NCBI GenBank assembly: GCA_034420915.1
Contig: DAOUKW010000077.1
Span: 1-36,021, forward strand
Direction of reading: 5' to 3'
Length of the DNA: 36,021 bases
DNA from: Dehalococcoidia bacterium
GTDB taxonomy: Bacteria; Chloroflexota; Dehalococcoidia; UBA6926
The notes under the pieces were generated by a model. It saw nothing but the letters and a program-made list of their open reading frames with translations, was not told where the DNA came from and searched no databases. This document shows positions 20,894-30,736 of this stretch, piece by piece. The translations under genes and the position numbers were made by a program. Each line of letters opens with the position of its first letter. The first letter of the stretch is position 1.

Positions 20894-22672
20894 ATGCGAA
20901 TCATCCACTTTGCCGACGCGCACATTGGCGTTGAGACACACAGCCGCCCCGTCACATCGGACGAACTCAACGCCCTGCCTGAGTCGTTCGCTCCGGGCGT
21001 CAACCGCGCCGCCACCTACACGGGGATGCCGTCCCGCCTTATTGATTCTCTGCGCGCTTTCGACGAACTCGTTGAGTTCGCCCTAACCGAACCCCGCGCC
21101 GATCTCGTCGTCTTTTCCGGCGATGCCTATCGCTCCCGAGACCCCTCCCAAACCCACCAACGGGAATTTGCCCGCCGCATCAGCCGCCTCGCCCTCGCCC
21201 GCATCCCCGTCTTTCTCCTCACCGGCAACCATGACGTGCCCAACACGGAGGGTAGGGCGACTGCGCTGGACATCTTTGACGCGCTCGCAGTCGATAACGT
21301 TACGGTTGCCTCCCAACCCGATATTCACCGCATTGAGACCGCCGCCGGCCCCGTCCAGATTGTGGCCGTTCCGTGGTTGCGGCGCAGTGCCGCCGCTACG
21401 CGGGCTGAGCTACACGGCAAGAGTTCCGCTGAGGTCAATGAGTGGATGCAGAGTTTCCTCAGCAATGAGATAAACCGCATGGCTGGAGAACTTGACCCTA
21501 ACGTGCCGTCCATCCTGTCTGCGCACGCAACCGCCACCACGGCAACCGTCGGTCACGAACGCAGCATGATGATGGGCAACGACTACCTGCTGCTGCCCAG
21601 CGCGTTCCAAACACACCCCGTCGACTATGCCGCCCTCGGACATATTCACCGCCACCAGCTGATTGCAGACGCCCCGCCCGCCGTCTATCCCGGCAGCCTC
21701 CATCGAGTTGATTTTTCCGAAGAGGATGACAGCAAGGGATTCTGTGTGGTTGACATTGATCCCGCTCTGCCTGCCGGACACCGCGCCGCATGGTCATTCC
21801 GCCCCGTGTGGGCTCGCCCGTTCAAGACTGTCAAGATCGCCGTCCACGCAGGCGAACAGGACGTAATGGGAACGATTGCCGGCCGCCTTGCCGCTGCAGA
21901 CGTGCGCGATGCCGTTTCCCGCGTAGAGATACAGGCTCCCACGGAACTCGCAGGCGACGTAGACCGCATTCGCATTAGAAACATGCTGAGACAGGCCGGA
22001 GCGCACGTCGTTTCGGGAGTCACGGTGCAGGTCGACGCGCCGGACAGAACGCGAACTCGTCTTGAGCGCGGCCTGGCAATTGAGTCGCTTGAGCCTGAAC
22101 AAGCTCTCAACCTCTATATGGAGAAGTCATCGGTTGCTACTGAGCGGCGCGCGGCGCTCATGCAGGCGGCCCGTGAGATCATCAACGCGGATCAGATGGG
22201 GCAGGGGGCTGACATGGTGGATGATGAGGCGGGTGTAGTGGTCCGCATCGCCGAAGCAGACGACATGGAGGCGATCTTTGCTCTTCGCCGTGTCGTCTTC
22301 ATCGATGAACAGAACGTGGATGCCGACGAAGAGTGGGACGGACGCGATGAAGACGCGGTCCACGCTGTGGCGCTCTTGGAGGATGAGGTCGTCGGAACGG
22401 GCCGCCTGCTAATGGACGAGGGTAATGAAACGTGCCGCATTGGCCGCATGGCAGTCCGGCAGGACCTCAGGCGGCATAGAATCGGGGACCGGATTCTGGT
22501 GACATTAGAGGAAGCGGCCCGCGAACGTGGATTTGTTGAGGCCCTTCTCCACGCCCAGACCTACGTCAAAGACTTTTATGCGCAGGCGGGCTACACGGAG
22601 CAGGGCGATGTGTTTATGGAAGCCGGCATTGAGCACGTGGCCATGACGAAGGACTTATCCGGCGCCCCGTAG
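20894..22672 (+). CDS. Mre11/SbcD-type metallophosphoesterase nuclease fused to a C-terminal GNAT acetyltransferase domain
   Basis: Phosphoesterase motifs FADAHIG, FSGDAY, LTGNHD, LSAHAT, LGHIHRH. The C-terminal about 150 aa is GNAT-like (VVRIAEADDMEAIFALRRVVF...IGRMAVRQDLRRHRIGDRIL...FYAQAGY). No stop between the two parts. The 3' end overlaps the convergent moaDE gene by 18 nt. Confidence 0.8.
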   Translation: MRIIHFADAHIGVETHSRPVTSDELNALPESFAPGVNRAATYTGMPSRLIDSLRAFDELVEFALTEPRADLVVFSGDAYRSRDPSQTHQREFARRISRLALARIPVFLLTGNHDVPNTEGRATALDIFDALAVDNVTVASQPDIHRIETAAGPVQIVAVPWLRRSAAATRAELHGKSSAEVNEWMQSFLSNEINRMAGELDPNVPSILSAHATATTATVGHERSMMMGNDYLLLPSAFQTHPVDYAALGHIHRHQLIADAPPAVYPGSLHRVDFSEEDDSKGFCVVDIDPALPAGHRAAWSFRPVWARPFKTVKIAVHAGEQDVMGTIAGRLAAADVRDAVSRVEIQAPTELAGDVDRIRIRNMLRQAGAHVVSGVTVQVDAPDRTRTRLERGLAIESLEPEQALNLYMEKSSVATERRAALMQAAREIINADQMGQGADMVDDEAGVVVRIAEADDMEAIFALRRVVFIDEQNVDADEEWDGRDEDAVHAVALLEDEVVGTGRLLMDEGNETCRIGRMAVRQDLRRHRIGDRILVTLEEAARERGFVEALLHAQTYVKDFYAQAGYTEQGDVFMEAGIEHVAMTKDLSGAP

Positions 22673-23332
22673 CCACTCGGAACCGCCGTCCCACACCTCG
22701 CGTTTCCAGACCGGCGCCAATGCCTTGACCTTCTCCACGGCCTCCCGGCACGCGTCAAAGGCCGCGCGGCGGTGCGGCGAGGCTACGGCAACGACCAGCG
22801 AGGTCTCTCCAATCTCAAGCCGCCCTGTCCGATGCCATAACGCGATGCTGCCGATGTCGAAGTCTTCGAGCGTCTCGCGTCCAATCTTCCGCAGCACGCT
22901 CTCGGCCATCTCCGGATATGCCTCGTATTCAAGGAACAACACATGCCGCCCAAGGTTGTTGTCCCGCACGATGCCCTCAAACGTGAGAACCGCCCCATCC
23001 GACGAAGCCTTGAGCGACTCTGCGATTTTAAGAGCGTCAAGCGGATCAGGCGTCACGCCAACCTGCACGGCCTCCGCCTCAGAGACCGCTCCTCCACTCA
23101 CGGGTGGGATCAGCGCAACTTCATCGCCTGCGGAGATGGTGGTTGATTGGTCGACGTATTCCTGGTTGACGGCGACAACAACACCCTCGCAACGGTTTGC
23201 CAACGCCGGATGCTGCCGCTGCGCCTCACCCAGCAGGTGCGAGACCGGCTCGCCTTCGGAAATCTCAACGCTGATTTCCGAAGCGCCCACCGCTTCTCGT
23301 AGTGCCGCAAACAGTCTTACTCGAACGTCCAT
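22655..23332 (-). CDS. Molybdopterin synthase MoaD-MoaE fusion protein
   Basis: MDVRVRLFAALREAVG....EVALIPPVSGG (MoaD, di-Gly at codons 80-81 = 23095..23090) runs directly into a MoaE-like part (DGAVLTFEGIVRD...LEYEAYPEMAE...IALWHRTGRLEIGETSLVVAVASPHRRAAF). I prefer ATG 23332 over the track's TTG 23461 because the extra 43 aa have no family features. Confidence 0.85.
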   Translation of the reverse strand: MDVRVRLFAALREAVGASEISVEISEGEPVSHLLGEAQRQHPALANRCEGVVVAVNQEYVDQSTTISAGDEVALIPPVSGGAVSEAEAVQVGVTPDPLDALKIAESLKASSDGAVLTFEGIVRDNNLGRHVLFLEYEAYPEMAESVLRKIGRETLEDFDIGSIALWHRTGRLEIGETSLVVAVASPHRRAAFDACREAVEKVKALAPVWKREVWDGGSEWLRGAG

Positions 23333-23338
23333 GCGGCC

Positions 23339-23344
23339 ATTATA
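23339..23344 (-). promoter_or_regulatory. Consensus TATAAT -10 box 6 nt upstream of the moaDE ATG (possible leaderless transcript)
   Basis: Minus strand reads cgccTATAATggccgcATGgac. No SD is possible in the 6-nt gap, and there is no good -35. Confidence 0.35.
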
Positions 23345-23371
23345 GGCGTCCGTTCTCGCCGTTTGTGATGC

Positions 23372-23401
23372 TTGACACAAATTCGGGCAGACAGATAGAC
23401 T
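23372..23401 (+). promoter_or_regulatory. Candidate promoter of the cytochrome oxidase operon
   Basis: TTGACA (23372..23377), 18-nt spacer, TAGACT (23396..23401), 65 nt upstream of ATG 23466. Confidence 0.4.
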
Positions 23402-23465
23402 CGCAATGTCGCAGTTGCGACCCAACGCTAACTGTTGAGGTATTGCTCTGAACAGGCTCAACCGA

Positions 23466-24593
23466 ATGGGGAAAGGGACTCAACTAATCGGAGTACTGGC
23501 GGTTTTTATGGCCGTCGTTCTCCTCTCAGGCTGCCAGTTGGCGTTGCCGCAGAGCACGCTCCATCCGGCGGGTGACGTAGCCCAGAGTCAGCAGGATCTC
23601 TTCGTCTTTATCTTCTGGATCGCCGTCGTCATCTTTATCGGCGTCCAGGGTTTCCTGACTATCGCAGTGCTCAAGTTCCGCGCCAGGCGGGGGAGGGAAA
23701 ATGACATCCCGCCCCAGACTCATGGCAATACTCCACTTGAAATCGGTTGGACGATTGCGCCTTCTCTGATTGTCATCGCAATTACCATCCCGACGGTCGC
23801 AGGCATCGGCGCAACGTATGACCCGCCGTCCCAATACGCCGATGACCCCTCCCTCACCATCGAAGTGGTCGGCCATCAATGGTGGTGGGAGTACCGCTAT
23901 CTCGATGAGAACGGCGACCTTGATTTCATCACCGCCAATGAATTGCACATCCCCATTGATACCGTCATCAACCTCAAGTTGTCCTCGAACGATGTCATCC
24001 ACAGCTTCTCCGTTCCGCGCCTCGCCGGCAGCCGTGACGTCGTGCCCGGCCGCGTCAACCGTATGTGGTTGAACGCCACGGAAACCGGCGTCTACGCGGG
24101 GCAGTGCAAGGAGTTCTGCGGGGATTCCCACGCCCTGATGCGCACCGTCGCCTTTGCCCGCGAGCTCGATGACTACGAGGCATGGGCCGAGAATGAACGC
24201 CAGCCGGCAGTAGACATGACGGCGGCGATGGAACCGGGCTGGGTCGTCTTCCAGGAGAATGCCTGCCGCGGCTGTCACACCATCGAGGGAGCGACCGAGG
24301 ACGAATATGAGTTGGCCATCGGCGTGACCGGCCCCAATCTCTCGCACTTCGGGTCCCGTGTCACCATCGCGGCGAACACGCTGCACAAGGGCCCGGCTGA
24401 TATGAACATGGGCGCTTTCTTCGATGACGTGCCCACTGATCCGGACTTCATGCAGCGTGATCCGGCGGCTGAAAACCTCAGGCATTGGCTCAACAACGCG
24501 CCGGACGTGAAGCCCGGCACGGAGATGCCGGATCTTAACCTCACAGACCAACAGCTTGATGATCTCGTATTCTTCCTGGAGAGCCTGAAGTAA
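23466..24593 (+). CDS. ctaC: caa3-type cytochrome c oxidase subunit II with C-terminal cytochrome c domain
   Basis: Lipoprotein-like signal (VVLLSGC) and two TM helices. CuA site HSFSVP...CKEFCGDSHALM. Heme c motif CRGCH. Confidence 0.95.
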   Translation: MGKGTQLIGVLAVFMAVVLLSGCQLALPQSTLHPAGDVAQSQQDLFVFIFWIAVVIFIGVQGFLTIAVLKFRARRGRENDIPPQTHGNTPLEIGWTIAPSLIVIAITIPTVAGIGATYDPPSQYADDPSLTIEVVGHQWWWEYRYLDENGDLDFITANELHIPIDTVINLKLSSNDVIHSFSVPRLAGSRDVVPGRVNRMWLNATETGVYAGQCKEFCGDSHALMRTVAFARELDDYEAWAENERQPAVDMTAAMEPGWVVFQENACRGCHTIEGATEDEYELAIGVTGPNLSHFGSRVTIAANTLHKGPADMNMGAFFDDVPTDPDFMQRDPAAENLRHWLNNAPDVKPGTEMPDLNLTDQQLDDLVFFLESLK

Positions 24594-24616
24594 CGGGCGG
24601 CCGGCTGAAGGAGTAG

Positions 24617-26479
24617 ATGACGATGGCTATGCTAGGGGGCTTGCTCGAGAGACCTACCGGGACAACCGGTATCTGGAGTTGGCTGACGACGATCGATCAC
24701 AAGAGGATCGGCACGCTCTACCTTGTCACGGCCTTCTTCTTCTTCATTGTTGGCGGCATTGAGGCAAGCCTCATGCGGCTCCAGTTGGCGGTGCCTGATT
24801 CGTCCATCATCGGCGCGAACGTCTTCAGCCAGCTCTTTACCATGCACGCGCTGACTATGATCTTCCTCGCAATCATGCCGCTCAGCGTCGCGTTCTTTAA
24901 CTGGATCGTTCCCCTGCAGATCGGCGCGCGGGACGTCGCATTTCCCCGCCTGAATGCTCTCAGCTACTGGGTGTTCCTTGGAGGCGCGATCATCCTCAAC
25001 CTTGGCTGGTTCACCATGACCGCCCCGGCGGCCGGCTGGTTCGCCTACGCCAACCTGACCAACACCACCTTCTCTCCCACCAACGGCATGGACTTCTATG
25101 TCCTCGGGCTGCTGGTGCTGGGAACCTCATCACTGCTCGGCGCATTCAACTTCATCGTGACCATTATTAACCTCCGCGCCCCGGGCATGTCCCTCATGCG
25201 GATGCCGATCTTCACGTGGATGGCCTTCATCACGTCCTTCCTCCTGGCTCTGGCCATGCCGGTCATCACAATCGGCCTGGTCGAGCTGGGCTTTGACCGG
25301 TTCTTCGGCACCAACTTCTTCGTATTCGAGCGTGGCGGCGACGTGCTTCTCTGGCAGCACCTGTTCTGGGTCTTCGGCCATCCTGAGGTGTACATCCTTA
25401 TCCTGCCGGCCATGGGAATCATCTCCGAGATCCTGCCGACGTTTTCCCGCAAGCCGCTCTTCGGCTTCCCTGTCGTCGTCTTCTCCGGCCTGACCATCGC
25501 ATTCCTCGGATGGTCCGTGTGGGCGCACCACATGTTCGCCGCCGGTCTCGGCCCTGTGCCGGACGCCGTTTTCGCGACGACAACAATGGCAATTGCCATC
25601 CCCACCGGCGTCAAGGTGTTCAACTGGCTGGCCACGTTATGGGGAGGCAACATACAGCTCAAAACGCCGATGTACTTTGCGATCGGGTTTATCGCGCTGT
25701 TTACCATCGGTGGACTGAGCGGTATGACACACGCCGCCGCCCCGTCCGACCTGCAACAGACGGACACCTACTACATCGTTGCCCACATTCATTACGTGCT
25801 CTTTGGCGGCTCGATCATGGCCATCCTGGGCGGAATCTTCTACTGGTTCCCGAAGATGTCCGGTCGTATGATGAGCGACTACCTGGGCAAGTGGAGCTTC
25901 TGGCTTGTCTTCATCGGTATGAACATGACGTTTGGTCCGATGCACTACCTGGGCCTCGTTGGAATGCCGCGGCGGAACTTCACGTTCCCCGAAGGCATGG
26001 GCTGGGACGTGTGGAACCTGGTGGCATCGCTTAGCGTGCTGTTCATGATTGCCGGAATCGGGTTGTTCACATACAACGCCCTCCGCAGTGCCCGCAAGGG
26101 TGAAGTGGCCGGCGACGACCCGTGGGACGCCCGCACGCTCGAATGGGCGATGTCGTCCCCGCCGCCGCACTATAACTTCGCCGAGATTCCGGTCGTCCAT
26201 GGCCGTGACGCCCTCTGGGAGCAGAAGTACCCGGACGAGGAGCACGCCGCTCCGCGACCGGTTCCCGCCGGAGGAGCCGATGAGGCGGATGAGCACCATG
26301 ACATCCACATGCCGAGCCCGTCCTACTTCCCGTTGATTGTGGCGCTTGGCATCTTTGCCCTCGGCATCACGATGTTGCTCTACCAGGCCTCTCCCATCGC
26401 CGGCTATGCCGCAGGCGCAATCGGCCTGATCCTCTTGCTCTGGGGCTCATACGGCTGGATATTCGAGCCGACGGACTGA
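24617..26479 (+). CDS. ctaD: Cytochrome c oxidase subunit I (14-helix form)
   Basis: AAGGAG SD (24608..24613). WLTTIDHKRIGTLYL, WQHLFWVFGHPEVYILILP, HHMF, YYIVAHIHYVLFGG. C-terminal two-helix extension. Confidence 0.97.
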   Translation: MTMAMLGGLLERPTGTTGIWSWLTTIDHKRIGTLYLVTAFFFFIVGGIEASLMRLQLAVPDSSIIGANVFSQLFTMHALTMIFLAIMPLSVAFFNWIVPLQIGARDVAFPRLNALSYWVFLGGAIILNLGWFTMTAPAAGWFAYANLTNTTFSPTNGMDFYVLGLLVLGTSSLLGAFNFIVTIINLRAPGMSLMRMPIFTWMAFITSFLLALAMPVITIGLVELGFDRFFGTNFFVFERGGDVLLWQHLFWVFGHPEVYILILPAMGIISEILPTFSRKPLFGFPVVVFSGLTIAFLGWSVWAHHMFAAGLGPVPDAVFATTTMAIAIPTGVKVFNWLATLWGGNIQLKTPMYFAIGFIALFTIGGLSGMTHAAAPSDLQQTDTYYIVAHIHYVLFGGSIMAILGGIFYWFPKMSGRMMSDYLGKWSFWLVFIGMNMTFGPMHYLGLVGMPRRNFTFPEGMGWDVWNLVASLSVLFMIAGIGLFTYNALRSARKGEVAGDDPWDARTLEWAMSSPPPHYNFAEIPVVHGRDALWEQKYPDEEHAAPRPVPAGGADEADEHHDIHMPSPSYFPLIVALGIFALGITMLLYQASPIAGYAAGAIGLILLLWGSYGWIFEPTD

Positions 26480-26517
26480 CAACGAGACTGATTAGGAAAC
26501 GCTAAAGGACATCGCAC

Positions 26518-27120
<603 letters not shown>

Positions 27121-27157
27121 GACGGATTAAGGCACACGCAAAGCGAGGAACGGCAAC

Positions 27158-27469
27158 ATGGCGACAGCAGAGCAACAGGCGCACACGGAAGACCACCCGA
27201 CTCCGCGTACCTATGTCCAAGTCGCGATTATCCTCACGGTCATCACGATTGTTGAGGTGGCCATCGTCATTGTTGATGTGCCCTCCCTTTTCCTTGTGTC
27301 ATCTTTGCTCGCCCTGTCAGCCGTCAAATTCGCCTTCGTTGTCGGCTGGTTCATGCATCTCAAGTTCGACGCGAGACTGTACCAGGCCCTCTTCCTTGGC
27401 GGCCTTTTCCTGGCGATAGCCGTCCTGTTGGCACTGGTCGCGCTCTTCGAGAACTTCACGCTCCCATGA
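27158..27469 (+). CDS. ctaF: Cytochrome c oxidase subunit IV (prokaryotic type)
   Basis: 103 aa, 3 TM. KFAFVVGWFMHLKFD signature. Position after ctaE. Confidence 0.8.
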   Translation: MATAEQQAHTEDHPTPRTYVQVAIILTVITIVEVAIVIVDVPSLFLVSSLLALSAVKFAFVVGWFMHLKFDARLYQALFLGGLFLAIAVLLALVALFENFTLP

Positions 27470-27518
27470 GAAACGGCACGAGAGACCATTAGAGGAACCG
27501 GAAAAAGGCAGGACAGGC

Positions 27519-27800
27519 ATGGCGGCGGACCACGACGAACACACAGGAACTAACAACGTAATGGATCGGCTTATTGTTCCGATTCTGTTGCCGGTTGTCG
27601 CCCTCATCGTCACCATCGCGCTGATTGTTGCCATCGGCCTACTCCTGTACGCCGTCGTCCCCCATGACTACGTGACGCTGGCCGGTGAAAAGGTCTACTA
27701 CTCGGTTCCTGTCGCGCTTGGTCTTGCGCTGATCTTTCTCATCGGATTCGCTTTCCTGGCGTCGCGCGCGCCGGACGAAAATAACGACGATTCCGAATAG
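27519..27800 (+). CDS. Small 2-TM membrane protein of unknown function inside the oxidase operon
   Basis: 93-aa ORF, same strand, between ctaF and ctaG. Two clear hydrophobic helices and an acidic C-terminus. Confidence 0.45.
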   Translation: MAADHDEHTGTNNVMDRLIVPILLPVVALIVTIALIVAIGLLLYAVVPHDYVTLAGEKVYYSVPVALGLALIFLIGFAFLASRAPDENNDDSE

Positions 27801-27897
27801 TAGTCTGAAACCGCCAGTTGTCGGCGGCCCAACTGCTTTGGCACATTCAGAGCGCTCCTGCATGCGTAACGCGCCGAAAAGGGCGTAGGATTGCGGC

Positions 27898-28788
27898 ATG
27901 AATGACCTTGCTGATTACCTGCTCGCGTGGTCGTGGGAGCCGCTGACACTGTTCTTTGTCGGCCTCCTTGGATTCACCTACGTTCGAGGACTGTGGGGAC
28001 TGAATCCGCTCAAGATCCGTGTTGTCACCAATTGGCGCGCCGCGTCGTTCGCCGCCGGCCTGCTGCTCCTCCTCCTTGCCCTCATTTCGCCGATCGACAC
28101 CCTTGGCGGTCGACTGTTCGCCTTTCACATGGCCCAACACATGCTCCTGACGCATGTCGCCGTGCCGTTGATTCTCCTCGGCGCGCCGGTTCTGCCCGTC
28201 GCGCGCGGCATGGGATACGGAATCCGCCGCCTGACCGTCATCAAGCTTGCCCGGGCGCCGCAAGTGCGCTACATCTTTCACATTCTCATCCACCCCCTCT
28301 TCAGCCTGGCCATCTTCGTGACCGCGATTTGGGCGTGGCACGTCCCGGGAGCCTATGCTGCCGCCGTCACCAACGATTTCGCCCACATTGGCCAACACGC
28401 CAGCTTCATCACCGCCGCAACGATCTTCTGGTGGGCCATCATCGACCCGACGCCGATTCGAGGCAAGGTTCCCTACTTGGGCAGGCTCGTTATCGTCGTT
28501 ATGGCGTTGTCCCTGACGTTCCCATTGGCCGCGATGCTGACATTCGCAGCCACTCCCTGGTATGCGCCCTACATCGGCCAGGAACCGCTGTGGGGCATTG
28601 ATGCGATGACCGATCAGCAGATAGGCGGACTCATCATGTGGATTGGCGGCATCGCGCCCTATTTCCTCGCGATTGCCGGGCTGTTCATCGTTGCGGTTCG
28701 CCGTGATGAAGAGGACACGCGCCGCTCGCGTGCCGCGCTCTACCGGAACCCGCCTAATCATGCCCCGCAGAGACCGGCGACCACGTGA
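27898..28788 (+). CDS. ctaG: Cytochrome c oxidase assembly factor CtaG (caa3_CtaG family membrane protein)
   Basis: Polytopic. FAFHMAQHMLLTHV motif typical of the family. Operon context. Confidence 0.8.
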   Translation: MNDLADYLLAWSWEPLTLFFVGLLGFTYVRGLWGLNPLKIRVVTNWRAASFAAGLLLLLLALISPIDTLGGRLFAFHMAQHMLLTHVAVPLILLGAPVLPVARGMGYGIRRLTVIKLARAPQVRYIFHILIHPLFSLAIFVTAIWAWHVPGAYAAAVTNDFAHIGQHASFITAATIFWWAIIDPTPIRGKVPYLGRLVIVVMALSLTFPLAAMLTFAATPWYAPYIGQEPLWGIDAMTDQQIGGLIMWIGGIAPYFLAIAGLFIVAVRRDEEDTRRSRAALYRNPPNHAPQRPATT

Positions 28789-30689
28789 TGTCCAACGCGT
28801 CGTACAATCCTGAACTGCGCTACCGCAAGGCTCTGCTGGGACTCGCGCTGGCTGCGGCAATCACGACCGTCTTTCTGATCAGCCTCGGCAGCTTCGTGCG
28901 CGTTACGGGCTCCGGCCTCGCCTGCCCGGACTGGCCGTTGTGCCACGGCAGCATCATTCCGCCGTTTGAGTACCACGTCCTTATTGAATACTCCCACAGG
29001 CTGACGGCGGCCATTGTTGGACTGCTTGTGGCCGCGATGTTCGTCGTGGCTTTCCTCGCGTCACGCGCTGATGAGCAGCTAACCCGGCGGGCGCTTATCC
29101 CTGCCGCGATTACCCTCGTTGTCATGCTGACGCAAGCAGGATTGGGCGGTGTGGCCGTGATTACCGAGCTGCCCCCGCCAATCGTGACCCTGCACCTGTT
29201 CCTTGCCGAGGCCATTCTCGCGCTGCTCATCGTGACCATGATGGCCGCGGCGCCTGGCCGGACAACGTCCGCAGAAGGGCAGGGCATCTCTCGTCGTGAC
29301 GCAAGACGGCTCTATCTTTGGGCTGTCATCGCTGCTGTCATGACATTGGTGATGATTCTCTCCGGCTCATATGTCGTGGCGGAGGAGGCGACGCTTGCGT
29401 GCGGCAGCGGGTTCTCCGCATGGCCGCTGTGTGACGGCTCAATCATGCCGAGTGGATTCGATCCGAATATCCATATGGGGCATCGCTGGATGGTCGTCAT
29501 CGGAACTCTTACCACCGGCTACGTCGCATTCCTCGCGTGGCAGCAGAAAAAGAATGACCGCATGATCAGCCGGGTGGGGCAGGCGACGCTTCACCTGCTC
29601 GCTGTGCAGATCATCGTGGGCGCGCTTGTGCCGTGGACGGAATTCCATCATGCAGCGCGTGTCGCGCACATCACGCTCGCCTCGCTGACGTGGGCCGCCG
29701 CAGTGTTGCTGGTAATCCTCGCCGGGCGGGCTAAGACTGACGCGGCTGAGGATGAGGCGACGGGCCGACAAACACAGATGCCGCCCGCTCCGGCAGGGGG
29801 CTCGGGTATGGCGGCGACCTCTACGCTCAGAGCGACTGCGTCCGATTACTTCTGGCTGACGAAGCCGCGCGTCATGGTGCTGCTGCTGCTGACGGCGTTG
29901 GGAGGAATGGTGCTGGCTGCCCAGGGACTGCCGACGCTGACTGTTGCCGTGGCGGTCTTGCTCGGCGGCGCGTTGGCATCGGGAGGCGCAGGGGCCATCA
30001 ATCACGGCCTTGAGGGGAACATTGACTCCGCAATGATGAGGACACGGCATCGCCCCGTTGCAAGCGGCCGTGTCAGTCCCCGGATGGCGATCTCCTACGG
30101 CATCGTTCTCAACGTGCTGGCGTTTGCCGTGCTGGCGGGCGGGGCAAACGTCCTTGCCGCGTCTATCACGCTGAGCGGGTCGCTCTTCTACGTCTTTGTC
30201 TACACTCTATGGCTCAAGCAGACCACGGTGCAGAACATCGTCATCGGTGGCGCGGCGGGCGCGGTGCCGCCCCTCGTTGGTTGGGCGGGCGTGACGGGAG
30301 ACCTCAGCCTGCCTGCAATTTATCTGTTCTTGATCATCTTCTTTTGGACACCGCCGCATTTCTGGGCGCTGTCATTGATGATCAAGGACGACTATGAGCG
30401 GGCCAGCGTGCCGATGATGCCGGTTATCCTCGGCGAGGAGAGCACGCGAACCAGCATCTTCCTCTACACGATCCTGGTGAATATACTCGCCCTGCTGCTC
30501 TACATATCAACGGCGAGCCTTAGCGCCGTCTATCTTGCAGGTGCGATTGCCCTGGGGGGAATGTTCACGTACTACGCCTACCGACTCCTCAAGGAAAAAG
30601 ATCGGGCCGCCGCCCTGCGCCTCTACAAATACTCTTTGCTGTACCTCGGCTTGCTCTTCCTTGCAGTGATGGTTGATCAGATCGTGTAG
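28785..30689 (+). CDS. Fused heme A synthase (CtaA/COX15) - protoheme IX farnesyltransferase (CtaB/COX10)
   Basis: N-terminal half has VRVTGSGLACPDWPLCHG and a second Cys pair (ACGSGFSAWPLCDG). C-terminal half has YFWLTKPRVMVLLL, MRTRHRP, WTPPHFWAL. GTGA/ATG overlap with the ctaG stop. Confidence 0.9.
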   Translation: MMSNASYNPELRYRKALLGLALAAAITTVFLISLGSFVRVTGSGLACPDWPLCHGSIIPPFEYHVLIEYSHRLTAAIVGLLVAAMFVVAFLASRADEQLTRRALIPAAITLVVMLTQAGLGGVAVITELPPPIVTLHLFLAEAILALLIVTMMAAAPGRTTSAEGQGISRRDARRLYLWAVIAAVMTLVMILSGSYVVAEEATLACGSGFSAWPLCDGSIMPSGFDPNIHMGHRWMVVIGTLTTGYVAFLAWQQKKNDRMISRVGQATLHLLAVQIIVGALVPWTEFHHAARVAHITLASLTWAAAVLLVILAGRAKTDAAEDEATGRQTQMPPAPAGGSGMAATSTLRATASDYFWLTKPRVMVLLLLTALGGMVLAAQGLPTLTVAVAVLLGGALASGGAGAINHGLEGNIDSAMMRTRHRPVASGRVSPRMAISYGIVLNVLAFAVLAGGANVLAASITLSGSLFYVFVYTLWLKQTTVQNIVIGGAAGAVPPLVGWAGVTGDLSLPAIYLFLIIFFWTPPHFWALSLMIKDDYERASVPMMPVILGEESTRTSIFLYTILVNILALLLYISTASLSAVYLAGAIALGGMFTYYAYRLLKEKDRAAALRLYKYSLLYLGLLFLAVMVDQIV

Positions 30690-30703
30690 GCGAGCCACTC
30701 CTC

Positions 30704-30723
30704 ATTCCCGTGAAAGCGGGAAT
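30704..30723. repeat. REP-like palindromic element, copy C, between the convergent oxidase and ccm operons (likely bidirectional terminator-like hairpin)
   Basis: ATTCCCGTgaaaGCGGGAAT (one G-U position) followed by CCGG. It lies 14 nt after the ctaAB stop and 13 nt before the ccmD stop. Confidence 0.8.
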
Positions 30724-30736
30724 CCGGTACCCCCTG

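Noticed and set aside
23333-23465. Possible Moco riboswitch upstream of moaDE
   Set aside because: No recognisable conserved Moco-motif segments. A TATAAT 6 nt from the ATG argues for a leaderless transcript with no room for a riboswitch.
23526-24551. 341-aa minus-strand ORF (and 27847..28860, 337 aa; 22725..23345, 206 aa)
   Set aside because: These are shadow ORFs opposite ctaC, ctaG and moaDE respectively. They are Arg/Asp/Gly-rich without motifs.
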